Source: Leptospiraceae bacterium (GTDB lineage Bacteria; Spirochaetota; Leptospiria; Leptospirales; Leptonemataceae). From it: a stretch of DNA of 64,000 bases. The stretch is taken from positions 928,001 through 992,000 of the forward strand of contig JAVJNR010000004.1 of NCBI GenBank assembly GCA_040217195.1. Direction: 5' to 3'. A program made the translations under genes and the position numbers. The stretch's first letter is position 1. The number at the start of each line of letters is the position of its first letter. The notes beneath the pieces were generated by a model that saw only the letters and a program-made list of their open reading frames with translations, made no database searches and was not told where the DNA came from. Shown here piece after piece: positions 10,459-19,191 of this stretch.

Positions 10459-10971
10459 ATGAACAAATGGTTACTAACTCTCCTGCTGGGGCTGGGCACT
10501 GTAATGGTTGCAAGTCCGCTGATAGCAGAGTCAGAAGAAGAAACAGAAGAAGTTGAAGAAGTGGAAGAAGTGGAAGAGGAGCTGGAGGAAGCGGAAGAGA
10601 AGCTAGAAAAAGCCACCGGCCTGGAACGGAAGATTCAACGACTAAACGAAATTGCGGATAAACTGGAAGCGAAAGGCAAGACAGAGCAGGCAGCCCGGTT
10701 AAGAGAGAAAATCAAACAGGCAGAGACCAAACTGGCAGAAAAGAAAGAGCGCATTGAAAAAAGGCGCGAAATGCTCAAAGAGAAGAAAGCCAAAAAGGAT
10801 AAAGAGAAAGGCAAGCCTGGTGATAAGGGAAAACCCGATGATGCTGGACCACCAGATGGAAAGGGAAAACCAGACCATGCCGGACCGCCGGATGGAAAGG
10901 GAAAGCCTGATCAGGCCGGTCCACCGGATGGTAAAGGTAAACCTGATCATGCTGGACCCAAAAACAAATAG
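10459..10971 (+). CDS. secreted Glu-rich/coiled-coil protein with C-terminal KGKPDxAGPPDG repeats
   Basis: GGAGG RBS before ATG 10459; signal peptide; acidic tract; Lys-rich region; repeats. Confidence 0.85.
   Translation: MNKWLLTLLLGLGTVMVASPLIAESEEETEEVEEVEEVEEELEEAEEKLEKATGLERKIQRLNEIADKLEAKGKTEQAARLREKIKQAETKLAEKKERIEKRREMLKEKKAKKDKEKGKPGDKGKPDDAGPPDGKGKPDHAGPPDGKGKPDQAGPPDGKGKPDHAGPKNK
10825..10959 (+). repeat. 36-nt in-frame tandem repeat, 3.75 copies (KGKPD[D/H/Q]AGPPDG)
   Basis: Units 10825-10860, 10861-10896, 10897-10932 and partial 10933-10959; differences are mostly synonymous. Confidence 0.95.
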
Positions 10972-10990
10972 TGTAAATCAGGAGAGGATC

Positions 10991-11146
10991 ATGTACAAGA
11001 AACTTACATTTTTGATGCTATTAAGCCTGGCGCCCATCTGGCTGCACTGCCCGGAGGAGCAGCCCAAACCGGAAGAAGTAAAGATTACTCCGGAAAATGC
11101 AGAGCAAGAAGCAGAAAAGCTTCTGGAAGAGATTGACCGACTATAG
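10991..11146 (+). CDS. 51-aa lipoprotein (MYKKLTFLMLLSLAPIWLHC-PEEQPKPEEV...)
   Basis: GGAGAGG RBS, hydrophobic leader ending in Cys, acidic amphipathic helix; follows the repeat-protein gene. Confidence 0.75.
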   Translation: MYKKLTFLMLLSLAPIWLHCPEEQPKPEEVKITPENAEQEAEKLLEEIDRL

Positions 11147-11152
11147 TTACCC

Positions 11153-11181
11153 TCCCCCCGGTAACCAGCCGGGGGATTTTC
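11153..11181 (+). terminator. GC-rich hairpin, probable intrinsic terminator between convergent genes
   Basis: CCCCCGG ... CCGGGGG followed by ATTTT. Confidence 0.6.
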
Positions 11182-11226
11182 CTCTGCCAGCATTACAATT
11201 TGAAGGATTCGATTGTTCGCTTCCTT

Positions 11227-12711
11227 TTACCAGGGCTCAATTTCATAAGATCGCTTACCTTCAGTTCTTTGCTGTACGCGCCGTAGAAAGTCATCCATGA
11301 TAATACGATATAAGTCCTGACCCAGGATTTCGTCCTCGCAATCTCCATCAATACTTGGGTTATCGTTTATTTCAATAATATAGGCCTTGCCATCCGTATA
11401 CTTCAAATCCACACCATAGAGCCCATCGCCAATCAGGTTCGCTGCTCGAAGAGCTGTTTTAACTACATCGGAAGGAGCATCTTCCACTGACATACATTCC
11501 ACGTCTCCATAAGCAGAATTACCGGACTCATCCTTGTTCATGACCTGCCAGTGGCCACTGGCCATATAATATTTGCAGACGTACAATGCCTTGCGGTTCA
11601 GAATCCCTACTCTCCAGTCAAATTCAGTAGGCAAAAATTCCTGGGCAATGAACAGATCTGATTTTCCCAGTATTCGTTCGGATTGCTCTCTCAAGCTTTC
11701 AGCGTCCCGAGCCTTCACAACTCCCTGGGAAAAGGAACTGTCCGGTTGCTTCAAAATCAATGGAAATCCCAGTCCATTTTCCAGTTCGTTCAGGTTTCCG
11801 CGATGAGCAATCATCGTTCTAGGTGTTCTGATTTTATAGCGGGAAAGTAGTTCAGCGAGATATACTTTATTTGTACATCTAAGAATGCTCAATGGATCAT
11901 CGATGACCACCAGACCTTCGCCCAATCCTTTTCGAGCGAACCGATAGGTATGATGATTTACAGCAGTAGTTTCTCGGATAAATAATGCGTCAAACTCCGA
12001 AAGCCTTCCATAGTCCTCCCGGGTCAAGAATTCCACATAGAAGCCTCGCTCCTCTGCCGCTTTTTGAAAACGATGCAATGCAGTACTGTCTGAAGGGGGC
12101 TGCTCTTCCTCCGGATTGGAAAGTATGGCCATATCGTACCTGGGCACCGCTCGCCGGCCCTGAAATCTCTTGCGCGAAAAGAATTCTATTGCCTGAGTTC
12201 TTGCGAACTCCTGGTGGTCCTCCGGCACTTCTCCGGCCGGAATTGCATTGATTCCTCGAATCATCCATCGCTGGTTCTTTCGCCAGAACTGTACTCGTAG
12301 AAAGGGCGATGGAAATAGCCGAAAGAGACGACCACAGAGCTTTTCATACCTTGCAGCCAGATTGTGACCGAAGTATACGCTGAGAGTAAATTCATCGGAT
12401 TGCAATGGCTTAAGACTGCTCTGTATAATCTCATCCAGCTCCTCGGTATAGTTTCGAATTATGGACTGATTTTTTAGATCCTGAATTGTAGAAACGGCCG
12501 GTAACGGCTTTTGTCCCCGGGCTGCAGCCAGCAAAGAAACATAATACCCGGTGCTCTGGTATTTATAGGAACGACACAGATTGAAGACTCGAATCCCTCT
12601 TAGCTCACTGTAGCGATTATCCGTTAAATAAGAACGGGCATCCACCACTTCAATCCCTGGAATCTTCTGAAGCCAATCTAGCTTCTGGCTTACTACAGCG
12701 ATGGCCTGCAT
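11227..12711 (-). CDS. RimK-like ATP-grasp ligase with N-terminal RLAN domain
   Basis: FNLCRSYKYQSTGYYVSLLAAARG (RLAN), LKQPDSSFSQGV, QEFLPTEFDWRVG, GLYGVDLK, IEINDNP. Confidence 0.9.
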   Translation of the reverse strand: MQAIAVVSQKLDWLQKIPGIEVVDARSYLTDNRYSELRGIRVFNLCRSYKYQSTGYYVSLLAAARGQKPLPAVSTIQDLKNQSIIRNYTEELDEIIQSSLKPLQSDEFTLSVYFGHNLAARYEKLCGRLFRLFPSPFLRVQFWRKNQRWMIRGINAIPAGEVPEDHQEFARTQAIEFFSRKRFQGRRAVPRYDMAILSNPEEEQPPSDSTALHRFQKAAEERGFYVEFLTREDYGRLSEFDALFIRETTAVNHHTYRFARKGLGEGLVVIDDPLSILRCTNKVYLAELLSRYKIRTPRTMIAHRGNLNELENGLGFPLILKQPDSSFSQGVVKARDAESLREQSERILGKSDLFIAQEFLPTEFDWRVGILNRKALYVCKYYMASGHWQVMNKDESGNSAYGDVECMSVEDAPSDVVKTALRAANLIGDGLYGVDLKYTDGKAYIIEINDNPSIDGDCEDEILGQDLYRIIMDDFLRRVQQRTEGKRSYEIEPW

Positions 12712-13479
12712 CTACTTGCGAGCTCCCTTTTTCTCAAGAATCAGTAAATTTGCATCATACGTTAGAATGCCTAGAAGAATGGAATTGATTAGCCTATCCA
12801 TATTGACTGGATATAGATGTCCAGGTGAGAGAGGCGAAGGCTTGTAAGGATCGGCCACCAGAACTTTCCGATCTTCTTTATTATAACCACAAAGAACTAC
12901 AAAGTGACCTGAAGGAACACCACGCACATCATCATAGTCGTAGTCCTCTGCGTCGCCATATTCCCTGGGCGACCGATACAGATATGTAGAACTCAATCCG
13001 GTCAGTATGGGAATCTTCTTTTTGAGAAATCCTCGAATTAGAGAAGGGCTCAAATCCTCGAGAAAGAGACGGCCTCCACCATCCAGAAATTCCAGGTAAG
13101 CCTGAGTGGCAAATTCCAGTTTGGCATTTTCCTTGGCCTCTGTCTGAGCCTGGAGTTTTAGCCTGAATTCATCTGAATCGAGACCAAACCAGGTGGGATC
13201 GAATACCTGAAGATTGTAGGTGTAAATGGTAGCGGAAAATCCGCTTCGCAATGCATGGCAGCCAAGCTGTACAGCAAGAGTGCCCCCTTCTCGAAGGTAG
13301 GCAACTTCTGAAATCAATTCCTGCAGATCCTTTTCCAGTCCAAAGTATCTATACACCGCCTGCAGGCAGGTTGGCCCACAGCTGTAGTCATCTGGCTGCT
13401 GCTGAATTTGCAGTCTCAGCAATTCATCCATGGGTGGAAATTCTACGGTCATTCTTCGCGCAAAGCGAACGGAACGCAC
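12712..13479 (-). CDS. peptidase C39-like (papain-fold) protein
   Basis: QPDDYSCGPTCL (Gln/Cys), GHFVVLCG (His), VADP (Asp); abuts the ATP-grasp gene. Confidence 0.85.
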   Translation of the reverse strand: MRSVRFARRMTVEFPPMDELLRLQIQQQPDDYSCGPTCLQAVYRYFGLEKDLQELISEVAYLREGGTLAVQLGCHALRSGFSATIYTYNLQVFDPTWFGLDSDEFRLKLQAQTEAKENAKLEFATQAYLEFLDGGGRLFLEDLSPSLIRGFLKKKIPILTGLSSTYLYRSPREYGDAEDYDYDDVRGVPSGHFVVLCGYNKEDRKVLVADPYKPSPLSPGHLYPVNMDRLINSILLGILTYDANLLILEKKGARK

Positions 13480-13615
13480 ATGCTGTCAACTCAAACTGAG
13501 TCAGCCGATTTTTGGCAGAACGTTTTAGCACCTGCATCACATTTCAAGCTTCCGCCGCAATGCTACCGCCCGGGAACCGGTTTACGATAGACCTTCCGTT
13601 CATCATATTGACTGA

Positions 13616-15010
13616 ATGGTACTGGATTTTCGAAGGATCAAGGAACGAGGCTGGTCATTTCGTCTGACCTGGGATCTATTCATGATATTCATCGCGGTAA
13701 TCAACCTGCTGATGATTCTATTTGACCTGACCTATTTTGTATTTCGACCCCGGTACAATGCAATGGCCCCGGAGCTTGTGCAGTTGTATGACCCTTTAAA
13801 AGGAGTGGAATCCAATCCTGAGTTTGAGGCTTACCGCTCATCCGCCATTCGCTATTTTCAAGAATCGGATGCAGCCGTCCGGGACTCACTACAGAAGGAA
13901 CTTTCCCTGCTTTCTGAAGAACTGGGCACTACTTACCGAGATTTCTTTCAGCAAACCGGCCAATGGCAGATGGTTCGCGAAATGACTGCAACGATGCATG
14001 CTTCTCTGCCGCAGTCCAAACAACTTATCTCAACAAGACAATATCGCCTCCAGGATGTGGGCCCCGTTTTCTGGACAGAGCTGGATCAACAAAAACAACA
14101 AGAAGTATTCCAGAATGTAATCGAGCCAACGCTTCAGAATCTATTCTACCGAAATCGTCAATTAGATGGTAGTTTCGTAGACCGATTCATTCTGCTCGAT
14201 GCTCCATTCTTGCTCCTATTTCTTCTGGAATTTCTGGGTAGGTGGATTTATACAATTCGAAAACGGTATATTGAACGCTGGTGGCTTTTTCCCATCTACA
14301 ACTGGTACGATATCCTGGGCTTGATCCCTTTTGCCTACTTTCGCATCTTTCGACTTGTAAGGATTCTTTCTATTTATATTCGACTGCATAGAAGCGAGCT
14401 AACGACAGTAGGTCAGGATATTTTCAGTCGAACATTTAAGAGATACTCGAATATTCTCACCGAAGAGCTTTCTGATCGGGTGGCGGTGCGATTGCTTACA
14501 GAAATTCAGTCAGAAATCCGCGGAGGAGCCTCCCTGGATATCATTGTGCAGGCATTGCGAGAAAACAAAGAGCCCCTCAAAGAAATTGTAATTGAAACTC
14601 TGCAAAACTTCAGTGCGGATTCCCCTGCCCTGGATGAAACCAGGCGACTGCTTGAGAAAAGTCTGGATCGCGCCGCGCTAAACGTTCCCTCATTACGCTT
14701 TGTTCCAGATTTCATCAAATCCAGGCTCACCAGGGAAATTGGCCTGGCTGTATTTGATGCCATGAATGAAAGTATGGTGGAGGCCTGGCAGAACGAAGTG
14801 GGAGCTCAGCTCATTTCCGAGGCGATTGATTTTGCTCTGGAGGAAATGAATCATCCTACAACAGGTCAGAAAGCGGATGCTTTATACAGAGAAGTGGCCG
14901 TGGAAGTGGTGGAAAATCTCAAAGAGGCTGTGGCTGTAAAACAATGGGCTCAGGAAAAACCGAAGGATTCCCGGACGCTTGACTCATCAGGGGATGGCGA
15001 CAATCTCTGA
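13616..15010 (+). CDS. membrane protein with ion-transport-like (S1-S4 type) segments
   Basis: WYDILGLIP followed by an Arg-periodic FRIFRLVRILSIYIRL helix; helical C-terminal domain; no pore signature seen. Confidence 0.65.
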   Translation: MVLDFRRIKERGWSFRLTWDLFMIFIAVINLLMILFDLTYFVFRPRYNAMAPELVQLYDPLKGVESNPEFEAYRSSAIRYFQESDAAVRDSLQKELSLLSEELGTTYRDFFQQTGQWQMVREMTATMHASLPQSKQLISTRQYRLQDVGPVFWTELDQQKQQEVFQNVIEPTLQNLFYRNRQLDGSFVDRFILLDAPFLLLFLLEFLGRWIYTIRKRYIERWWLFPIYNWYDILGLIPFAYFRIFRLVRILSIYIRLHRSELTTVGQDIFSRTFKRYSNILTEELSDRVAVRLLTEIQSEIRGGASLDIIVQALRENKEPLKEIVIETLQNFSADSPALDETRRLLEKSLDRAALNVPSLRFVPDFIKSRLTREIGLAVFDAMNESMVEAWQNEVGAQLISEAIDFALEEMNHPTTGQKADALYREVAVEVVENLKEAVAVKQWAQEKPKDSRTLDSSGDGDNL

Positions 15011-15012
15011 CC

Positions 15013-15183
15013 ATGCGCATAGTAAAAATGAAAGACGGAAAGAACTTTGGGATTGCGGATCTCTCCTTCAAGGACTTGAAAGTAATCAAGGATGCCTGTG
15101 CACTCTACGGAACTCAGGGCTCCGTCCATGGAAAAAAGATTGCAGAGGAAATCGAAAAAGCCATGGAAAAAATTGAGATCTGA
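15013..15183 (+). CDS. 56-aa small protein missed by the ORF track (MRIVKMKDGKNFGIADLSFKDLKVIKDACALYGTQGSVHGKKIAEEIEKAMEKIEI)
   Basis: Translated by hand; starts 2 nt after the upstream stop, fills the gap, protein-like composition. Confidence 0.7.
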   Translation: MRIVKMKDGKNFGIADLSFKDLKVIKDACALYGTQGSVHGKKIAEEIEKAMEKIEI

Positions 15184-15257
15184 CCTGGGAGTTACTACTA
15201 TAGAAATCCCGGGAGTGGAATGAACATCCGGAGAAAGGGAGTCGTCTAATTTGCGTT

Positions 15258-16178
15258 ATGCTGTACTCTTATAAATTGGGCTCAAAAACGAAGGTTGCCC
15301 TGTGGGCCCTTTTCCTGTGCTTTGTTCAGGTTTCCTCGCTCCAGGCCGAGCAGACCGAAAATTCAGAACGTCAATCCCCAACTGAAGAGGAAGAATCTGT
15401 CCAGGATAGGCCGGACAATTCGCAGCCAGAAGAAGATCATCGGAACACCGATACAGTTCTGCCGGTGCAGGCTCCTGCTCCCATGGGTTTTCATAAAGAT
15501 CGAATGAGCATCAGTCTGCTTTTTGGAGCTCCCATTTCTGCTCCGTCCGGAAGCTTTATCAGCCATGAAAAGAGCTACGATAATTATCTGCTTTATCAGA
15601 TTGAGGGAGGGCAGATAGCTACAGATCTTCTGGGCCAGCAGGCACGGTACTACAACCCTTCCTATGATTCCGGTGCCATGTTTATTTCCGATCTGGAGGC
15701 TGCATTCGCCCGAAACTTTGGCGGCGGAGTCTCCTTTCTATTCTCCAGTGTATCCACCCGGCGGCAGGATGTTCTTCCCTGGAAGGATTCCAGCGATCGA
15801 TACATCATGAATTATCCTGAAGACCGGGTTCTGTACTCGGAAGGGGCCCTGCTGGGATTTCTCAGCTATCATCCCATTTCCGAAAGTAGATTCGATCCCT
15901 ACATAAAGCTCAGAGCCGGAATCACATTCGTTCACGGCTATTCCCATCAATACACAATTCCGGATCCCTATACATTTGAAACAGATATAAATAATGGCAG
16001 AGGATCCATCTATGGAGCCTCCCTGGGTGTTAATGTTTATCTGAACCAGTATTCTGCTTTAACGTTAGAATTCACGTCCATCGGCCGCAGCATTTCCGCC
16101 GATCAATTCAGTAATCGTACTTTGAATAATGACTATCTAAGTGTTGGAATTACCCTGGGCTTTATGGGAAATAATTAG
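15258..16178 (+). CDS. probable outer-membrane beta-barrel protein
   Basis: Signal peptide, acidic linker, amphipathic strands such as FDPYIKLRAGI, GASLGVNVYL and YLSVGITLGF. Confidence 0.65.
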   Translation: MLYSYKLGSKTKVALWALFLCFVQVSSLQAEQTENSERQSPTEEEESVQDRPDNSQPEEDHRNTDTVLPVQAPAPMGFHKDRMSISLLFGAPISAPSGSFISHEKSYDNYLLYQIEGGQIATDLLGQQARYYNPSYDSGAMFISDLEAAFARNFGGGVSFLFSSVSTRRQDVLPWKDSSDRYIMNYPEDRVLYSEGALLGFLSYHPISESRFDPYIKLRAGITFVHGYSHQYTIPDPYTFETDINNGRGSIYGASLGVNVYLNQYSALTLEFTSIGRSISADQFSNRTLNNDYLSVGITLGFMGNN

Positions 16179-16259
16179 CCAGGGTATCGGAAGCTTCTGC
16201 GAATTTCCTGGCAGAGCGATTCAGAATAACTATGAAACAATCTTCCTTCCGGGTGGCAT

Positions 16260-17591
16260 TCACTGAATGCCTCGCTGGAGCTTCTGACCATACTTTTCGT
16301 TGATCTGGTCCATGGTATATTCCAGTTTTTGATCCCTGGCCAGGTTCTTTCCTTCCTCAAGGATGGAGTCCGATCTGGAGTAGCCATCGTTTTGATTCTT
16401 TTTCCCTCCTCTGTTGCGCGAAGCCTGCGAATCCGCTGAGGAGTTTGCACTGGAATAGTTGGCCCGGTCCGTTTTCTTTGATCCGGCATTGGCTACAGGC
16501 TCAGGTTCCAGAAATTCAGTGGAAAAAAGGTCCGGCTGGGATTCGGACTCAGCATGAGAGATTTGGACTCCCAGAAGTCGAATGCTTCGTCCATCTCTGG
16601 TTTTATCAATTTCTTCCCAGAGCTGCAGAGCCAGAGCACGCAGACCAGTTTCTGTAATCACCGGCATGGCAACGGTGCGACTTCGGGTATGGGTTTCGAA
16701 TCCAGTATATCGGAATTTTAAAGTAATCGTTCTTCCTCGAAATCCAGTCTTTCTAACACGGTAGGATAGTTCCCGGCAAAGCTTCAATAGGGCCAGCCGA
16801 AGGGCTTCGGACTCGAATAGATCCTTGCCAAAGGTCCTTTCTTCTCCAATGGACTTCCTTTCGCGATGGGGCTGAACTCCTCGCGGATCTTCGGCCCTTG
16901 CCAGTGCCATCAAATGCTGCCAGTGCTTGCCCCGTCCAGCGCCTGGAAGTCTGGAGGGCTCTCGCATGGCGATATCCCCAATTGTAAAGATGCCACTGTC
17001 TTTCAATTGCTTGCAGGTTCTGGGACCGGCTCCCCAGAGTCGTTCCACAGGCAAGGGAGCCAGAAAATCCTTCTCGGTACCCGGGGCTACGACTACGAGA
17101 CCGTCTGGTTTGCGTAAGTCGGATGCGATCTTGGCCACGAATTTGATAGCAGAAATGCCAATGGATACAGTTAATCTGGTTTCACGGCGAACATCTGCTT
17201 TTATCTGTTTTCCCAGGGACTCATCATTACCAAAAAGTCGTTCGGTACCTGAACAATCCAGGAATGCTTCATCCAGACTCAAGGGCTCAATAGCCGGCGA
17301 ATATCGACTAAATATCTCCATGATCTGTTCAGAGAATTCAATGTATCGATCCATTCTAGGCGGGACGAATACGGCTTCAGGACACAGGGAATAGGCTCTG
17401 GAAACAGGCATGGCCGACCGGATGCCAAATTTTCGAGCTATATAATTACATGTGGATACTACGCCTCTACCCTGACCTTTTCGGGGATCAGCACCCACGA
17501 CCAGAGGAACATCTTTCCATTCCGGATGGTCCAGCTCCTCCACCGCAGCATAGAAAGCATCCATGTCAGCATGCAGAATCCTTCGGGCCAT
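16260..17591 (-). CDS. dinB: DNA polymerase IV
   Basis: ILHADMDAFYAAVE, YIARKFGI.SAMP, SLDEAFLD, AKIASDLRKPDG, little-finger domain. Confidence 0.95.
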   Translation of the reverse strand: MARRILHADMDAFYAAVEELDHPEWKDVPLVVGADPRKGQGRGVVSTCNYIARKFGIRSAMPVSRAYSLCPEAVFVPPRMDRYIEFSEQIMEIFSRYSPAIEPLSLDEAFLDCSGTERLFGNDESLGKQIKADVRRETRLTVSIGISAIKFVAKIASDLRKPDGLVVVAPGTEKDFLAPLPVERLWGAGPRTCKQLKDSGIFTIGDIAMREPSRLPGAGRGKHWQHLMALARAEDPRGVQPHRERKSIGEERTFGKDLFESEALRLALLKLCRELSYRVRKTGFRGRTITLKFRYTGFETHTRSRTVAMPVITETGLRALALQLWEEIDKTRDGRSIRLLGVQISHAESESQPDLFSTEFLEPEPVANAGSKKTDRANYSSANSSADSQASRNRGGKKNQNDGYSRSDSILEEGKNLARDQKLEYTMDQINEKYGQKLQRGIQ

Positions 17592-17769
17592 AAGACACAG
17601 TTTTCCTGATGTAATGATTTGCCAATAACTAAACAGACGACTAGTAACTGTTTTAGGTCAGACCGAAGTCACCAGGCTCAGCTGAATGACGAACGAAAAG
17701 GATGGATACCCCCAGGATCTATAGCTACTCGAACTCTCTGGCCTGGGCTGAGAAACCTGAAGAGCAACT

Positions 17770-19191
17770 CTACAGAAACAGAGTGACGGATAAACCAGCA
17801 TGGAAGGCGGATCCACCATAATCATAGATGGGGTTCTGGGCGGTGGGGTTGGCTTTGAGCTCAGTTCTGGATTTGATTCTCTGGCTTTGGAGGGATAAAT
17901 CCAGAAGAATGGGCGATTTCAGATTTGAGCCAGTATCAGGAATAAAGGCATAGCTTACCCCGGCCGTGTAGCTCACCGTACTTGAATCCATCCAGTTTAC
18001 TTCTTCGGGCATATCCACTGGCAAGGGACTCGGTCTTCGCATATAGCCCAGACGAAAGGACCAGGCCTGGTTCCAGCGATAGTGAATGCCTACTTTGGGT
18101 ACGGAAATATCTTCTAGATAGTAAGGAGTGAAGAATCTCTCTTTGGTTCGGCTCAGTCCATACTTGCTCCATAATTCCCGGGAGACATCCACACTGAATA
18201 AAAGGTTCTCGGTGGCCTGATAGGAAAGTGCATAGGTAAAAGTCCTTGGATGATAGAGATCCAGAACGGCCAGATCGAAGTCAAATTGAATCCCCAGTAA
18301 TGTTGTTTGGGCCCTGGCAGTGAGTGGATCGACAAATAGAAACGTTTCTCTGCGAAAGGAAAAACCAAGACGGATCTTACCCCAGTGGAACATGAGGCCC
18401 AGCGTTTCGTTTGCCTGGGGCTTCAGTTCCAGAATTACCTGCTGGTTTGGAGTAACAGGCTCTGGAGAAATCGGCACGTCCTTTAGCAATATCGCACCCT
18501 GACCTTTGATCAAAGCAGTAAAGCCCAACCCCAGGTACAGATGATCCTTCCAGAGCTCCACTCCCAGGCCACCGAAGATCAATGGTCGGTCGTTGGAAAC
18601 TCCTCTCTGCAAATAACGATGCACCGTTGGATTCAAATCATTGACTGTAGCCAGGTTACCGGATCCAGGAAGAATGAGATTCAGCCCAAAACGAAAGCCT
18701 CTATTCAGATCGTAAACGTTATTCAGGTCCAGGGTCATTCCAAGACCGGCATAGTGATCCTGAATACCGTTGATATCTCCATTGTTCGGAGCGTTGGTAC
18801 CAATGGCAGGTTTTGCATAATTGTATTGAAAGGATACCTCATGACGGTTTGCTTCCGATCGCTTTTTGGGTACATTGTTCAGGCTGTCAGAAAAAATGCT
18901 TTTAGTATCGTTCCAGATATTTCCGAAGCGGTCGGATTGTTGCGCTTGAGCCGGATTATCCAAATTTCGGTTTTCCATATAATGGTACAGAAGATTGCCG
19001 CGAGAAGGGAGCCCCAGACCTGCGGGATTGTAGTAGGTAGCCGAACTGTCGTTTATGAAGGATGATACGGCATTGCCCATACCGGTGGCAAATGGATGAG
19101 CACCATATACATCGGCAAAGTTCCCTGCGTAGATATTAGAGCATAACAACAGAGTGCCCAGAAATGGCACGGCCCGAATCTTTGCGGTCAT
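17770..19191 (-). CDS. FadL/OmpP1-family outer-membrane transporter for hydrophobic compounds
   Basis: GMGNA...DSSATYYNPAGL hatch motif, amphipathic strands, C-terminal AGLSVTLFL. Confidence 0.8.
   Translation of the reverse strand: MTAKIRAVPFLGTLLLCSNIYAGNFADVYGAHPFATGMGNAVSSFINDSSATYYNPAGLGLPSRGNLLYHYMENRNLDNPAQAQQSDRFGNIWNDTKSIFSDSLNNVPKKRSEANRHEVSFQYNYAKPAIGTNAPNNGDINGIQDHYAGLGMTLDLNNVYDLNRGFRFGLNLILPGSGNLATVNDLNPTVHRYLQRGVSNDRPLIFGGLGVELWKDHLYLGLGFTALIKGQGAILLKDVPISPEPVTPNQQVILELKPQANETLGLMFHWGKIRLGFSFRRETFLFVDPLTARAQTTLLGIQFDFDLAVLDLYHPRTFTYALSYQATENLLFSVDVSRELWSKYGLSRTKERFFTPYYLEDISVPKVGIHYRWNQAWSFRLGYMRRPSPLPVDMPEEVNWMDSSTVSYTAGVSYAFIPDTGSNLKSPILLDLSLQSQRIKSRTELKANPTAQNPIYDYGGSAFHAGLSVTLFL

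Noticed and set aside
10825..10959. 36-bp periodicity suggestive of a CRISPR array
   Set aside because: Units are contiguous with no spacers, in frame and vary synonymously; no cas genes in the window
17592..17769. LexA/SOS box upstream of dinB
   Set aside because: No recognisable consensus; only an imperfect AAACAG-N11-CTGTTT inverted repeat
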